Virus record (IMG/VR): IMGVR_UViG_3300038675_000651
Location: 1 to 38,013 of that record
Strand: one strand, 5' to 3'
DNA: 38,013 bases
Source: a virus
Lineage: Duplodnaviria > Caudoviricetes
Below are positions 26,072 to 34,129 of this stretch, one piece after another. Within the stretch, counting starts at the first letter, position 1, and each line of letters starts with the position of its first letter. The notes beneath the pieces are model-generated. The model was not told the origin of the DNA, did no database searches, and worked only from the letters and a program-made list of their open reading frames with translations. The position numbers were made by a program, and so were the translations under genes.

Positions 26072-28209
26072 TGGATGCTTTTGACCGTTTGGATGCTAAA
26101 ACCAACAGTGTTAAAAAAAAACACGTTACTAATAATGGAAAAGGCGATGCTTTTGATAGACTAACAGAGAATGATGAATCATTCGTTAAAAGTGCGCTAA
26201 GATCTGCATTACAAGCGCCTCAAGGCTATCTTGAAATGACTCCGTACGGCCTTGCGACAAGTGGATTGCAATTGCTCGGCATGGGCGAGGCGCTTGACCC
26301 TGAAGAAATCGAGCAGTTAAAATATATTCAAAGTCCTCGCAATCCTTTATCAAACATCGGCGGAGAGCAGCTTCCAGAATTTGACGAAGAAAAATATTTA
26401 CAAGCGGTAGAGCAAGCATCTAAAAGTGTGCCAACTATTGCTAACATTGGATCGCTTATCGAAGAAAAAACTGGCCTTCCGCTCGAGCCTAAAACAACGA
26501 CGCAAAAAGCTTTGCGATTTGCCGGCGGAGGCGCGCGACTTGCTCCACAAGGGGGAAGACTTGGCGGCGCTGTTGCAACAGGTGGCACAAAACTTGCATT
26601 AGATGCGGTAGGCGCGCCCGAATTTATATCAGACACAGCAGCATTCTTAATCGGCGCAAGGCAGGGAAATGTTTCTGCATATAAATCTCTGCAAAAAAGA
26701 CAAGGCTATCTTGAACAAATTGTAAACGATCCTAATATCCCAAAATCATCCGAAAGTTATCAGCTTGCCCAAGAAGCGTTAAATTATATTAAGTCGCAAG
26801 AGCCGCCATTAAAAGAACCGATATTACCAAAAACGGAAAGACCTCAATTAACAGGCCAAACAAGAACGGTGCAGCCTACTACAAGTAATATACAGTTTAG
26901 ACCGATTGCTCCTGCAAGAGAAAATCCAGCTCTAATTGATCGCGTTTCAACTACAATATCACCTAATCGTTTCCGCAATACAACGCAAGGCGGACAAGCT
27001 CAAGTTAATACAATTAACGAAGCGGATAATTTGGTTTATGATGTTGTAAATGAATTATATGATACATCAAGAGAGTTGAATGAAACAATAAACGAAACGC
27101 ATGAAACACTTGTAAATCGTTTAAATAATCGCATTAGACAACTTGAAGAAATACCCGAACCCTCAGATGTACAAAGACGCGTTATTAGATCGGCCAGAAA
27201 TATACGCGATAGATTAGCTACTGTGGACCAAGATGGAAATGTTACAGGTTATAGACCGATATCAAATCAAGTTTTAATCGATCAAATACAATCTTTAAGG
27301 CAGATTATAGATTTTGATTTTGCGCACGGAAATACAAAAAACATATTTAGACCACTAATAAGTGATTTACAAACAGCAGCAATTGAGGCTGCTGAAAATT
27401 CTGGCAACGCGGCTGCTGCCGACGCATTAAGAGAGGCGCAAACGGCTTATCGTAATTGGGCGGAAACGTTTGATAGCGATTATATTAGACCTTACCGAGA
27501 CCGCAGTAATAAAGATCTTTCAAAGCTTTACAAAAAGTCATTAGATATTGATGAGGCACAGCAAATACAAAACGTTTTACGCGTTATGCCGGGCGGCCAA
27601 GAATTGATTGCAGCTCATAACGTGGATATTATTGAAAAGTTTTTGGGTAAATATCTTGAGAATCCCAGAAAAATTAATATGCGGGAGTTTGAAGCAACCA
27701 TAAGAGAACTCGAGCCGATCATACCGCAACAACAGTTAGCAGACATCCGCCAAATGGTGCTAGAGGAGCAACGTAAACCTTTGTCGCGCATACGCGCAAA
27801 AGTGCAGCCATCGGAAAAAGCTGCGGCGAAACAGAGCGAAATGAGTGTTGAGCAGTTAAGACGCAAGCTTAATACGCGTGAGGGATTACAAGAGCTTAAA
27901 GCACAGCTCGATCCTAAAATATATGATAAGCTTGCCCGCGACAAGATAAGGCAAATACTACAGGAAGGAAAAGTCGAGGGCAAAGTAACGGGCGAAAAGC
28001 TTTACGACGTCCTTAATAATGAGCGCAATTTTGAAATTATAAGCGAAATCTATGGCGACGAAGTAGCGGAAGCTGCACGTCAAGAGGCACAAGCGCTTGG
28101 CAAAAAAGAAGTACGCTTAAATGCTATGCAATCACTAGGGAAGAAATCTGCCAAAGCTCTTGGCTATGGACTTCTCTATGACCTTGCGACGTCTTATATT
28201 CGCCGCTAA
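26071..28209 (+). CDS. Putative large ejection protein
   Basis: N-terminal DAFDRL repeated twice; long helical protein ending the virion operon. Confidence 0.55.
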   Translation: MDAFDRLDAKTNSVKKKHVTNNGKGDAFDRLTENDESFVKSALRSALQAPQGYLEMTPYGLATSGLQLLGMGEALDPEEIEQLKYIQSPRNPLSNIGGEQLPEFDEEKYLQAVEQASKSVPTIANIGSLIEEKTGLPLEPKTTTQKALRFAGGGARLAPQGGRLGGAVATGGTKLALDAVGAPEFISDTAAFLIGARQGNVSAYKSLQKRQGYLEQIVNDPNIPKSSESYQLAQEALNYIKSQEPPLKEPILPKTERPQLTGQTRTVQPTTSNIQFRPIAPARENPALIDRVSTTISPNRFRNTTQGGQAQVNTINEADNLVYDVVNELYDTSRELNETINETHETLVNRLNNRIRQLEEIPEPSDVQRRVIRSARNIRDRLATVDQDGNVTGYRPISNQVLIDQIQSLRQIIDFDFAHGNTKNIFRPLISDLQTAAIEAAENSGNAAAADALREAQTAYRNWAETFDSDYIRPYRDRSNKDLSKLYKKSLDIDEAQQIQNVLRVMPGGQELIAAHNVDIIEKFLGKYLENPRKINMREFEATIRELEPIIPQQQLADIRQMVLEEQRKPLSRIRAKVQPSEKAAAKQSEMSVEQLRRKLNTREGLQELKAQLDPKIYDKLARDKIRQILQEGKVEGKVTGEKLYDVLNNERNFEIISEIYGDEVAEAARQEAQALGKKEVRLNAMQSLGKKSAKALGYGLLYDLATSYIRR

Positions 28210-28302
28210 GATCTCATCGATAGGCTTAGATTTACGATTGCCGATTTTGTCTGACAACCAGAAGAAAAATAAAGCGCCTAAAAATAATCCTATTAAGTGC
28301 AT
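28135..28302 (-). CDS. Small single-TM protein, 55 aa (not in ORF track)
   Basis: MHLIGLFLGALFFFWLSDKIGNRKSKPIDEILAANIRRRK...; AGGT upstream. Confidence 0.4.
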   Translation of the reverse strand: MHLIGLFLGALFFFWLSDKIGNRKSKPIDEILAANIRRRKVIEKSIAKSFGRFLP

Positions 28303-28369
28303 ATTATACCTATGTATTGTGTAATGAGTATATTATTGCATAATCGATATATTAACACAAGCAAATAGT

Positions 28370-28735
28370 ATGAAGAATAAAGCAAAGTGTAAACTATGCG
28401 GCGATATCATTGAGTCCTATCACGCTCAAGACTATGTAGAGTGCTCATGCGGCGAAATTGCCGTCTATGGAGGGGCAAGTCTTGAGTGCGCGGCAAGGAG
28501 CTGGGATAACTTTCGGCGAGTCGACGACCAAGGGAATGAGATAGTCCCGCAAATTAAAGACGATGTAAAGCCGCTTGACATGAAGCCGATTGAAAAGCGA
28601 GAGGATCTTTTAAAGGCGCTTGACGATATGATTGCAAGTTATGATAGGCTTCCGCCTTATGCGTTAGGAGAGCCGTGCACTAATGCTGATCTCGTATCGG
28701 CGTTGATTTTGATTCGTCAGATTTTTTTGTCCTGA
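28370..28735 (+). CDS. Zinc-finger phage protein
   Basis: NKAKCKLCGDIIES.H..DYVECSCGEIAVYGG. Confidence 0.75.
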   Translation: MKNKAKCKLCGDIIESYHAQDYVECSCGEIAVYGGASLECAARSWDNFRRVDDQGNEIVPQIKDDVKPLDMKPIEKREDLLKALDDMIASYDRLPPYALGEPCTNADLVSALILIRQIFLS

Positions 28736-29187
28736 ATTTCTTTAACCTGATCCATTACGGCTTGCAGCTGTTTAAGGCTTGCCTCATCGTACTTAGACTG
28801 TTCCGATTTAGCTTTAAGGTCATATTCAAAACGCATTTTTTCATTTTCATCTTTTCGTACTTCAGGCGCATAAATTCGCAAAAACCTATGAGCAATACCC
28901 TCTTTAACGCTACCGTCCAAAAATCTATTAGCTAAAGCAACTCTCGCCTTTTCGTAATACTCATGAAACTCGACCTTATCCTTAATCAATTCCCATTCTT
29001 TATCTAATATACCCTTTTTTAGACTATAGAATTGCGGAAAACGACAACGTAGTTCATCAGTTTCTTCAGTAGCCCAAGCAACTAACTCCTTACCTAACTC
29101 GATCAATTCTTCTTTTGTGCCAGTCACAAAACGGGGTCTTCCCCCACTATTTCCGACTGCATTTTTGTTACCTTTTGTTCCAGGCAT
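28717..29187 (-). CDS. terS: Terminase small subunit (putative)
   Basis: N-terminal KGNKNAVGNSGGRP motif followed by a helical DNA-packaging-like region. Confidence 0.65.
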   Translation of the reverse strand: MPGTKGNKNAVGNSGGRPRFVTGTKEELIELGKELVAWATEETDELRCRFPQFYSLKKGILDKEWELIKDKVEFHEYYEKARVALANRFLDGSVKEGIAHRFLRIYAPEVRKDENEKMRFEYDLKAKSEQSKYDEASLKQLQAVMDQVKEIQDKKI

Positions 29188-29372
29188 TACACAGTCACCT
29201 TTATTTTAATAACAACGTCTTTAGGCGACCCTTTAAACTCATCGGTCGCTTGCTTAATAATATCCTGTAAATAGCTATCCTCAGTCGATATTTTATACTC
29301 AGCATAACTAAGATGTTTTTGCCTTAGGCTTTTATCGTCATCGCTCACAATCACTGTTATTTCCGATAGCAT
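29187..29372 (-). CDS. Hypothetical protein
   Basis: TAATG coupling to the putative terS. Confidence 0.6.
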   Translation of the reverse strand: MLSEITVIVSDDDKSLRQKHLSYAEYKISTEDSYLQDIIKQATDEFKGSPKDVVIKIKVTV

Positions 29373-29485
29373 AGTTTCAATTTAATTTTATGATTAAAAT
29401 TTGTAAACAAATTCTTTTTCACACAATTTTCTTGTGTTATATTATGTCACTGTGTTATATTTTAGTTATAACACAAGGATACAAG

Positions 29486-29686
29486 ATGAAACCCTTAGCA
29501 GTAATTCGAAAGTGCATAGAAGATGAAGGAGAGCATAGTTACAAAGATTTTTGCCTTGCCTGCGCTCCTTATTGGTATAATATTCCCTCATGCTCGATTT
29601 GCAATCGTAAACTTTCTGGTAAAGGCTACTGTTCTCAATGCAAAAAATATCACGATATGAAGAGTTACATTAACTTTAAAAACTAA
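29486..29686 (+). CDS. Small Cys-rich zinc-binding protein
   Basis: CLAC, CSIC, CSQC; AAGGA RBS favours ATG 29486 over 29390. Confidence 0.65.
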   Translation: MKPLAVIRKCIEDEGEHSYKDFCLACAPYWYNIPSCSICNRKLSGKGYCSQCKKYHDMKSYINFKN

Positions 29687-29722
29687 CAACACGCCCCTTC
29701 GGGGGCATATTTAGGACACAAA

Positions 29723-30067
29723 ATGAGATATTTGATTGCACACAATAACGGAAATATGTCTCTTGTATACGATGGCTACGGCCATTGTTTTACTGCGGAT
29801 CGTATTTCGGAGTTAACAGACTTAATTTATGAATTAAAAGATGGTCTTGACGTTAAAACGCTAGATGGTCATGACAATTCAGTAATTCAAAATCTTGAAT
29901 CTATTTTTAATAAGAGATCTAACGGTCAATGGATCGATGTTAATGTATATTACCTTAATGGTAAAATTGAACAATTATGTTCTCAATTAAGTTTTGCCAT
30001 TAGTTGCTCAACAGAAAAACGATTACTTAACATTTTACAATCAAGACTAAAAACGGACACAAAATGA
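29723..30067 (+). CDS. Hypothetical protein
   Basis: AGGA RBS; part of a small-gene cluster. Confidence 0.65.
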   Translation: MRYLIAHNNGNMSLVYDGYGHCFTADRISELTDLIYELKDGLDVKTLDGHDNSVIQNLESIFNKRSNGQWIDVNVYYLNGKIEQLCSQLSFAISCSTEKRLLNILQSRLKTDTK

Positions 30068-30300
30068 AAGACGAATTAAAACAACTGTTTAAACTTGTAC
30101 TAAATTCTTATGAAAAACAAGGTACGTGGGAATTAGATTATACTTCCGTTTATGGCGGATACGTAATCGTACAGAATGAAGAAAAGGGCTGCATATCTCA
30201 TCCTTTTGGGCCTTTTAGACGGCCGAAAAAAGAAATGATATCATTCCTAAAAGGGTTGCATGAAGGAGCTTTTTACCTTAAACACATTAAAAATAACTAA
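30064..30300 (+). CDS. Hypothetical protein
   Basis: ATGA overlap; YGGYVIVQ. Confidence 0.65.
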   Translation: MKDELKQLFKLVLNSYEKQGTWELDYTSVYGGYVIVQNEEKGCISHPFGPFRRPKKEMISFLKGLHEGAFYLKHIKNN

Positions 30301-30550
30301 AAATATGAAATACAAAGATTTGACAGACGCACAAAGAGAAGCCTTCGCAGAAAAATTTTATATACTTGCTGACATTGACGATACAGATAGCCCGCAACCT
30401 TGGGGCTGCCCTTGGTATTGGTGCGAAGATGATGAAGTTTTAAGTGCTGATATGGAAATTGCTGCTATGCTTTTTCTAGAGCTAGTAAAAAAGCATATTA
30501 TAGATATTTGTGAAGAAGAATTAGCAAATTTAAAAGGAGAACACGACTAA
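30260..30550 (+). CDS. Hypothetical acidic protein (probably starts at the internal MKYKD)
   Basis: SPQPWGCPWYW motif. Confidence 0.6.
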   Translation: MKELFTLNTLKITKNMKYKDLTDAQREAFAEKFYILADIDDTDSPQPWGCPWYWCEDDEVLSADMEIAAMLFLELVKKHIIDICEEELANLKGEHD

Positions 30551-30723
30551 TGGATTGGGGACAAGTATTATCAATCGTAGCGGTTAACGTAGGCTTAATT
30601 TTTTGGATTAGGCAAGACTCTCGAGATTTTATGAACCGTATTGAAACATGGAAGGATGAAGTTAATAAAGAGATGAAAGACTTCCACGCAAGGCTTGCCG
30701 TTATTGAAGAGAGGAAAAAGTAA
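30550..30723 (+). CDS. Small TM plus coiled-coil protein, 57 aa (not in ORF track)
   Basis: AAGGAG RBS and TAATG coupling; MDWGQVLSIVAVNVGLIFWIRQDSRDFMNRIETWKDEVNKEMKDFHARLAVIEERKK*. Confidence 0.7.
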   Translation: MDWGQVLSIVAVNVGLIFWIRQDSRDFMNRIETWKDEVNKEMKDFHARLAVIEERKK

Positions 30724-30965
30724 TGGAATTTTATATCCTTTTTGCTTCTTTTGAAATTTTACTCATGGTTATACTTTACAGCTTGTTAAGTTACTTATTA
30801 TTTAAAATGCAAATTAGAATTGAAGAAAAGATCGATCTTGTTGCAAAAGACGTAAAAAATCTTGCACATGAATTAGAACAAGAAAGATTAAGATCAAATT
30901 TTTTTAACGATGCTAAAAGTAGATTGAGAGATGAGCTACATACAAAACGAAATATTAAAGATTAG
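30723..30965 (+). CDS. TM plus coiled-coil protein
   Basis: Hydrophobic N-terminus then heptads; TAATG coupling. Confidence 0.6.
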   Translation: MEFYILFASFEILLMVILYSLLSYLLFKMQIRIEEKIDLVAKDVKNLAHELEQERLRSNFFNDAKSRLRDELHTKRNIKD

Positions 30966-31236
30966 ATCAGATCAAATACATGCTAAAAATCATGAAAATT
31001 ACAGGAAATCCTACATGAAACAAACAATCATTTGCGTAATCACTGCCCTCTTAACCATTGGCTATTGCTATAGCGACGAAATTGCCTGCCCTCATTGCGC
31101 GGGAACTATCGAGATAGGCGTAGAAGCAAAGGGAATCCTCAAAGATGTCTGGGTATGTTCAAATCCCTACTGCCGTTATGAGAACTACGTTGGAATAAAT
31201 ACGTGCGTACAGTGCGGACGCCCAAGGTATAAGTAA
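30931..31236 (+). CDS. Zinc-ribbon protein with a possible signal peptide (probably starts at the internal MKQT)
   Basis: CPHC, WVCSNPYCRYEN...CVQCG. Confidence 0.6.
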   Translation: MSYIQNEILKIRSDQIHAKNHENYRKSYMKQTIICVITALLTIGYCYSDEIACPHCAGTIEIGVEAKGILKDVWVCSNPYCRYENYVGINTCVQCGRPRYK

Positions 31237-31237
31237 T

Positions 31238-31435
31238 ATGAGTATAGACGGAATTATAGAAGACTACCGAAAAGACGCTTTAAAAATGCTAGGCGAAAAA
31301 GGCCTAGCTGAATGGCGAGCAAAGGGTGACTTGTACGAGATCGATGATGTTTACGGCATGGACTGGCAACACTATGCCGCTCTTGTCAATCAAGATGAGC
31401 TAAGACAACATTTATATGATAAAGGCTATGATTGA
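31238..31435 (+). CDS. Hypothetical protein
   Basis: Last ORF of the + strand cluster. Confidence 0.55.
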   Translation: MSIDGIIEDYRKDALKMLGEKGLAEWRAKGDLYEIDDVYGMDWQHYAALVNQDELRQHLYDKGYD

Positions 31436-31593
31436 TCTTTAATTTCAGGCGTAAAGTCCACCTCTATGCCTGTTTTCTCTTCAATCTGTTCTTCGATAAA
31501 CTCTTCAAGCTTATTGTCATCTTTTAAACCGGCTTTTTTGTTGATCTCTGAACACGCCGATACAAGAAGTAAGCAAAGTAAAATTTTGCTCAT
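31426..31593 (-). CDS. Small lipoprotein, 55 aa (not in ORF track)
   Basis: MSKILLCLLLVSA-C lipobox followed by an acidic helix. Confidence 0.65.
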   Translation of the reverse strand: MSKILLCLLLVSACSEINKKAGLKDDNKLEEFIEEQIEEKTGIEVDFTPEIKDQS

Positions 31594-31594
31594 G

Positions 31595-31711
31595 CTATTT
31601 CTTTTTCTTCATGCCCTTTTCGCAAGCCTTATCGCGCTTTTTATCCTTCTTAAGCAAATTCATCATGCCCTTGTCGATCTTGGCTTTCTCTTTTTTAATC
31701 GCTCGATCCAT
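31595..31711 (-). CDS. Small Lys-rich protein, 38 aa (not in ORF track)
   Basis: MDRAIKKEKAKIDKGMMNLLKKDKKRDKACEKGMKKKK*; TAATG coupling. Confidence 0.55.
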   Translation of the reverse strand: MDRAIKKEKAKIDKGMMNLLKKDKKRDKACEKGMKKKK

Positions 31712-31866
31712 TACTTTTTCCTTTTAGCCTCGGATATAGCCACAGCTAGTGCTTGTTTCCTATTTTTAATTACCGGCCCTTTCTTGCTTCCGCTATGCAG
31801 TTCGCCTTTGTCATACTCTTGCATAACTTTTTTTATCTTCTTCTTAGCTTTTGGTGACTCTTTCAT
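31711..31866 (-). CDS. DUF6496-like small basic protein, 51 aa (not in ORF track)
   Basis: KIKKVMQEYDKGELHSGSKKGPVIKNRKQALAVAISEA. Confidence 0.8.
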   Translation of the reverse strand: MKESPKAKKKIKKVMQEYDKGELHSGSKKGPVIKNRKQALAVAISEAKRKK

Positions 31867-31962
31867 ATAATGACCTTTTTTTATACCATGCGGATTTTAA
31901 GCGTTTTCTTTCAATTTTAAATTTAAACCTTTGAAAAATGATAGCTTCAAGCTTTTTACGTT

Positions 31963-32295
31963 TCACTTAGGAGGCATTTCATCACTTGAAAAAGGAGATA
32001 TTTCCTGTTTAACCCGATAATTTTTATAAGCATTTAAAATTTCTTGGTAAAACTCAAACTCAAAAACTTCTTCTACAGGATCTACCTCTACAATTTGCTT
32101 GCAGGCGCTTTTAAAAAAATCGCAAGGAGTTAATTCTTCTTGCTCACCCTCTAACATCTCATCGATTTTAAGTATTTTTTTAATTTCGTGCATAATTTTG
32201 CTCGCTTCTAATTTATTGAGCATAACATGAGAATTCGTCAGATTAAATCGAATAACAATATGTCTTTCATATTCGAATACATCGATATCTTTCAC
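31963..32295 (-). CDS. Hypothetical protein
   Basis: Overlapping ORF in the minus-strand operon. Confidence 0.55.
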   Translation of the reverse strand: MKDIDVFEYERHIVIRFNLTNSHVMLNKLEASKIMHEIKKILKIDEMLEGEQEELTPCDFFKSACKQIVEVDPVEEVFEFEFYQEILNAYKNYRVKQEISPFSSDEMPPK

Positions 32296-32609
32296 AAAGG
32301 AACTCCTGACAAATTTAAGTTAGGCTTTACGTCTGGGCGAGCTTCATCGATCTCGTCGATACTCCCCTCTTTGCCACTATGAATTAAATTAACTGAAAAA
32401 TTACACGATGTTAGGTAAATTAGACAAAGAAGGCATATTACAATAAAGATTCCGAACCATCCGCCATACTTCAATATCCAGCTAGTATCATCTTTAAAGC
32501 AATCTCCAGTCTTAGATTTACATCCCTTCGGTAGCTTAATGCAAGTTGTATGCTGCTCTTCAACCTCGTAGGTTTCATGGCAGCGAGCGCAATATCTAAT
32601 TTCCTTCAT
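32292..32609 (-). CDS. Cys-containing membrane protein
   Basis: CARC N-terminus and one TM segment. Confidence 0.6.
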   Translation of the reverse strand: MKEIRYCARCHETYEVEEQHTTCIKLPKGCKSKTGDCFKDDTSWILKYGGWFGIFIVICLLCLIYLTSCNFSVNLIHSGKEGSIDEIDEARPDVKPNLNLSGVPL

Positions 32610-32658
32610 GTTTTCCTAATAAATCTTCAGTTGCCTAAGTCTTTTTCTTCGAATTCCA

Positions 32659-32958
32659 TTAAATGGCTGGTTCCTTAATTTTTTTCCGTAACAAATCATA
32701 TTTTTGTTCTAAGGTATGACCGTTCCAAGAATTACCATCCATAAAAAAAAGATGATCGAAATATTGCAGCTCAGAATCATGAATATGCCAAGAAGCTAGC
32801 TCTTCAGGAAACTGAATGTATACAATGTTTAACCAATCCTTTTCCCATAGAGGATCATCAGGATGCTTTTCTAACCATGCAGGAAAAAGTTTCGACAAAT
32901 AACAAACTAACTGGTTTCTCTCCCAGTAAGCTAAATCTTTTCCTTCAAGTTTCATCAA
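32659..32958 (-). CDS. Conserved phage protein with a W(D/N)GH motif
   Basis: AYWERNQLV...SWHI...WNGHT...KY. Confidence 0.7.
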   Translation of the reverse strand: MMKLEGKDLAYWERNQLVCYLSKLFPAWLEKHPDDPLWEKDWLNIVYIQFPEELASWHIHDSELQYFDHLFFMDGNSWNGHTLEQKYDLLRKKIKEPAI

Positions 32959-33266
32959 AACGGTAAATCTCCAAATTGCTGGGCTTGCGTTTTGACTGAA
33001 GGCTCTTTCGCTTGTAAAGCCAGCTTTACATTGTGCATGATGATTTTTTTTAGCTCTTCCGTCTCGGATATAGAATCTAGCATGAAAGCATGGACGTAAT
33101 CATCGCCAGCTTTATAAGAAGCGGGCGCAGGAAAATGGCCCGATCCGTCTTTAATTGGTACGATCTTGTATCTCAAAATTACTTTGCCATAAAGCTTAAC
33201 CGTAGCAATGCCTAAGTATTTTTCAAGTGGGGTTGGAATATAGCTAAGAAATTCAATATTATTCAT
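32955..33266 (-). CDS. Putative SpoVG/SSB-like nucleic-acid-binding protein
   Basis: LGIATV...YKIV...GHFPAPAS and a C-terminal GDLPF tail like the SSB tail. Confidence 0.5.
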   Translation of the reverse strand: MNNIEFLSYIPTPLEKYLGIATVKLYGKVILRYKIVPIKDGSGHFPAPASYKAGDDYVHAFMLDSISETEELKKIIMHNVKLALQAKEPSVKTQAQQFGDLPF

Positions 33267-33284
33267 AAAATCCTGTAATTAAGC

Positions 33285-33536
33285 TTATTCAATATAACAT
33301 AAAATATCTTGTTCTAACAAGATAATAAATTCTTTTCCGTCATAAATAATTTTGTTTCCAGCATATGGCCGAATTAAAACTTTCATATGTCTATCAAATT
33401 CACTATCAAGCGCGGTATTTTCAACGATAGCCCAAAAGGGTTGATATAACGGGTTATCTGGAAGAATTAAGCTCTCCTCTTTCTTTTCTTCTACGATCTT
33501 CTTGACGATGATTCGTCCTTTGGTTGGTATCAGCAT
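33285..33536 (-). CDS. groES: GroES-like co-chaperonin
   Basis: LIPTKGRIIVK...LILPD...KVLIRPYAGNKIIYDGKEFIILLEQDIL. Confidence 0.85.
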   Translation of the reverse strand: MLIPTKGRIIVKKIVEEKKEESLILPDNPLYQPFWAIVENTALDSEFDRHMKVLIRPYAGNKIIYDGKEFIILLEQDILCYIE

Positions 33537-33544
33537 AGATGTTC

Positions 33545-33955
33545 CTAAAAACAAACAGATTGATCTTTTATCATTTCTATTTCAATCCTTAATCCATATT
33601 CTTTAGGCTTTCCTTTCTCCTGATGCAAAGTAAATTCAAAGCGTTTATCAGAATCTGCGCGACCTGCCTTTAATCCCGGCAAAAAAAAGTCGCAAATTGA
33701 ATCTATAACAGGTTTCATAGCTGATGGCAAATTATCAACAGAATCTAGGCTTCTAGGCGCGATCCTTGTTAAGGCTGCCTTTACCCTTTCTTCTTGCGTT
33801 TGCTTAACCTGATCAAAAATAGGCACGTTGTTAACGGCAAGCTCGCGCTGAATCAAGAATTTTAAAGTTTTGTTGCGCTTATGCCGCTTACTCCAATGCT
33901 CCATCTTGTTCGCAAGCGACTCAATCTTCACTGGAATTAGTACGCTGTATTTCAT
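33545..33955 (-). CDS. RusA-like Holliday junction resolvase
   Basis: SLAN...HW; LTRIAPRSLDSVDNL..AMKPVIDSI...DSD. Confidence 0.75.
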   Translation of the reverse strand: MKYSVLIPVKIESLANKMEHWSKRHKRNKTLKFLIQRELAVNNVPIFDQVKQTQEERVKAALTRIAPRSLDSVDNLPSAMKPVIDSICDFFLPGLKAGRADSDKRFEFTLHQEKGKPKEYGLRIEIEMIKDQSVCF

Positions 33956-34129
33956 CTTTTTCTAATACTTTGTTGAGGTCATACAAAAGCTGAAAATACT
34001 CAGTTGTTTTCACCCATATAAATAACAAAATGTTTTTTAATACAGCTCTTTTTTGATAATAAGAAATATTTTTTTACATCTTCGGGCAAATTGATATAAT
34101 ATTTGCCATTTATAAATTCTATTTTAATT

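Noticed and set aside
31466-31870. 134-aa hydrophobic plus-strand ORF
   Set aside because: Shadow of three coupled minus-strand genes, one of them DUF6496-like.
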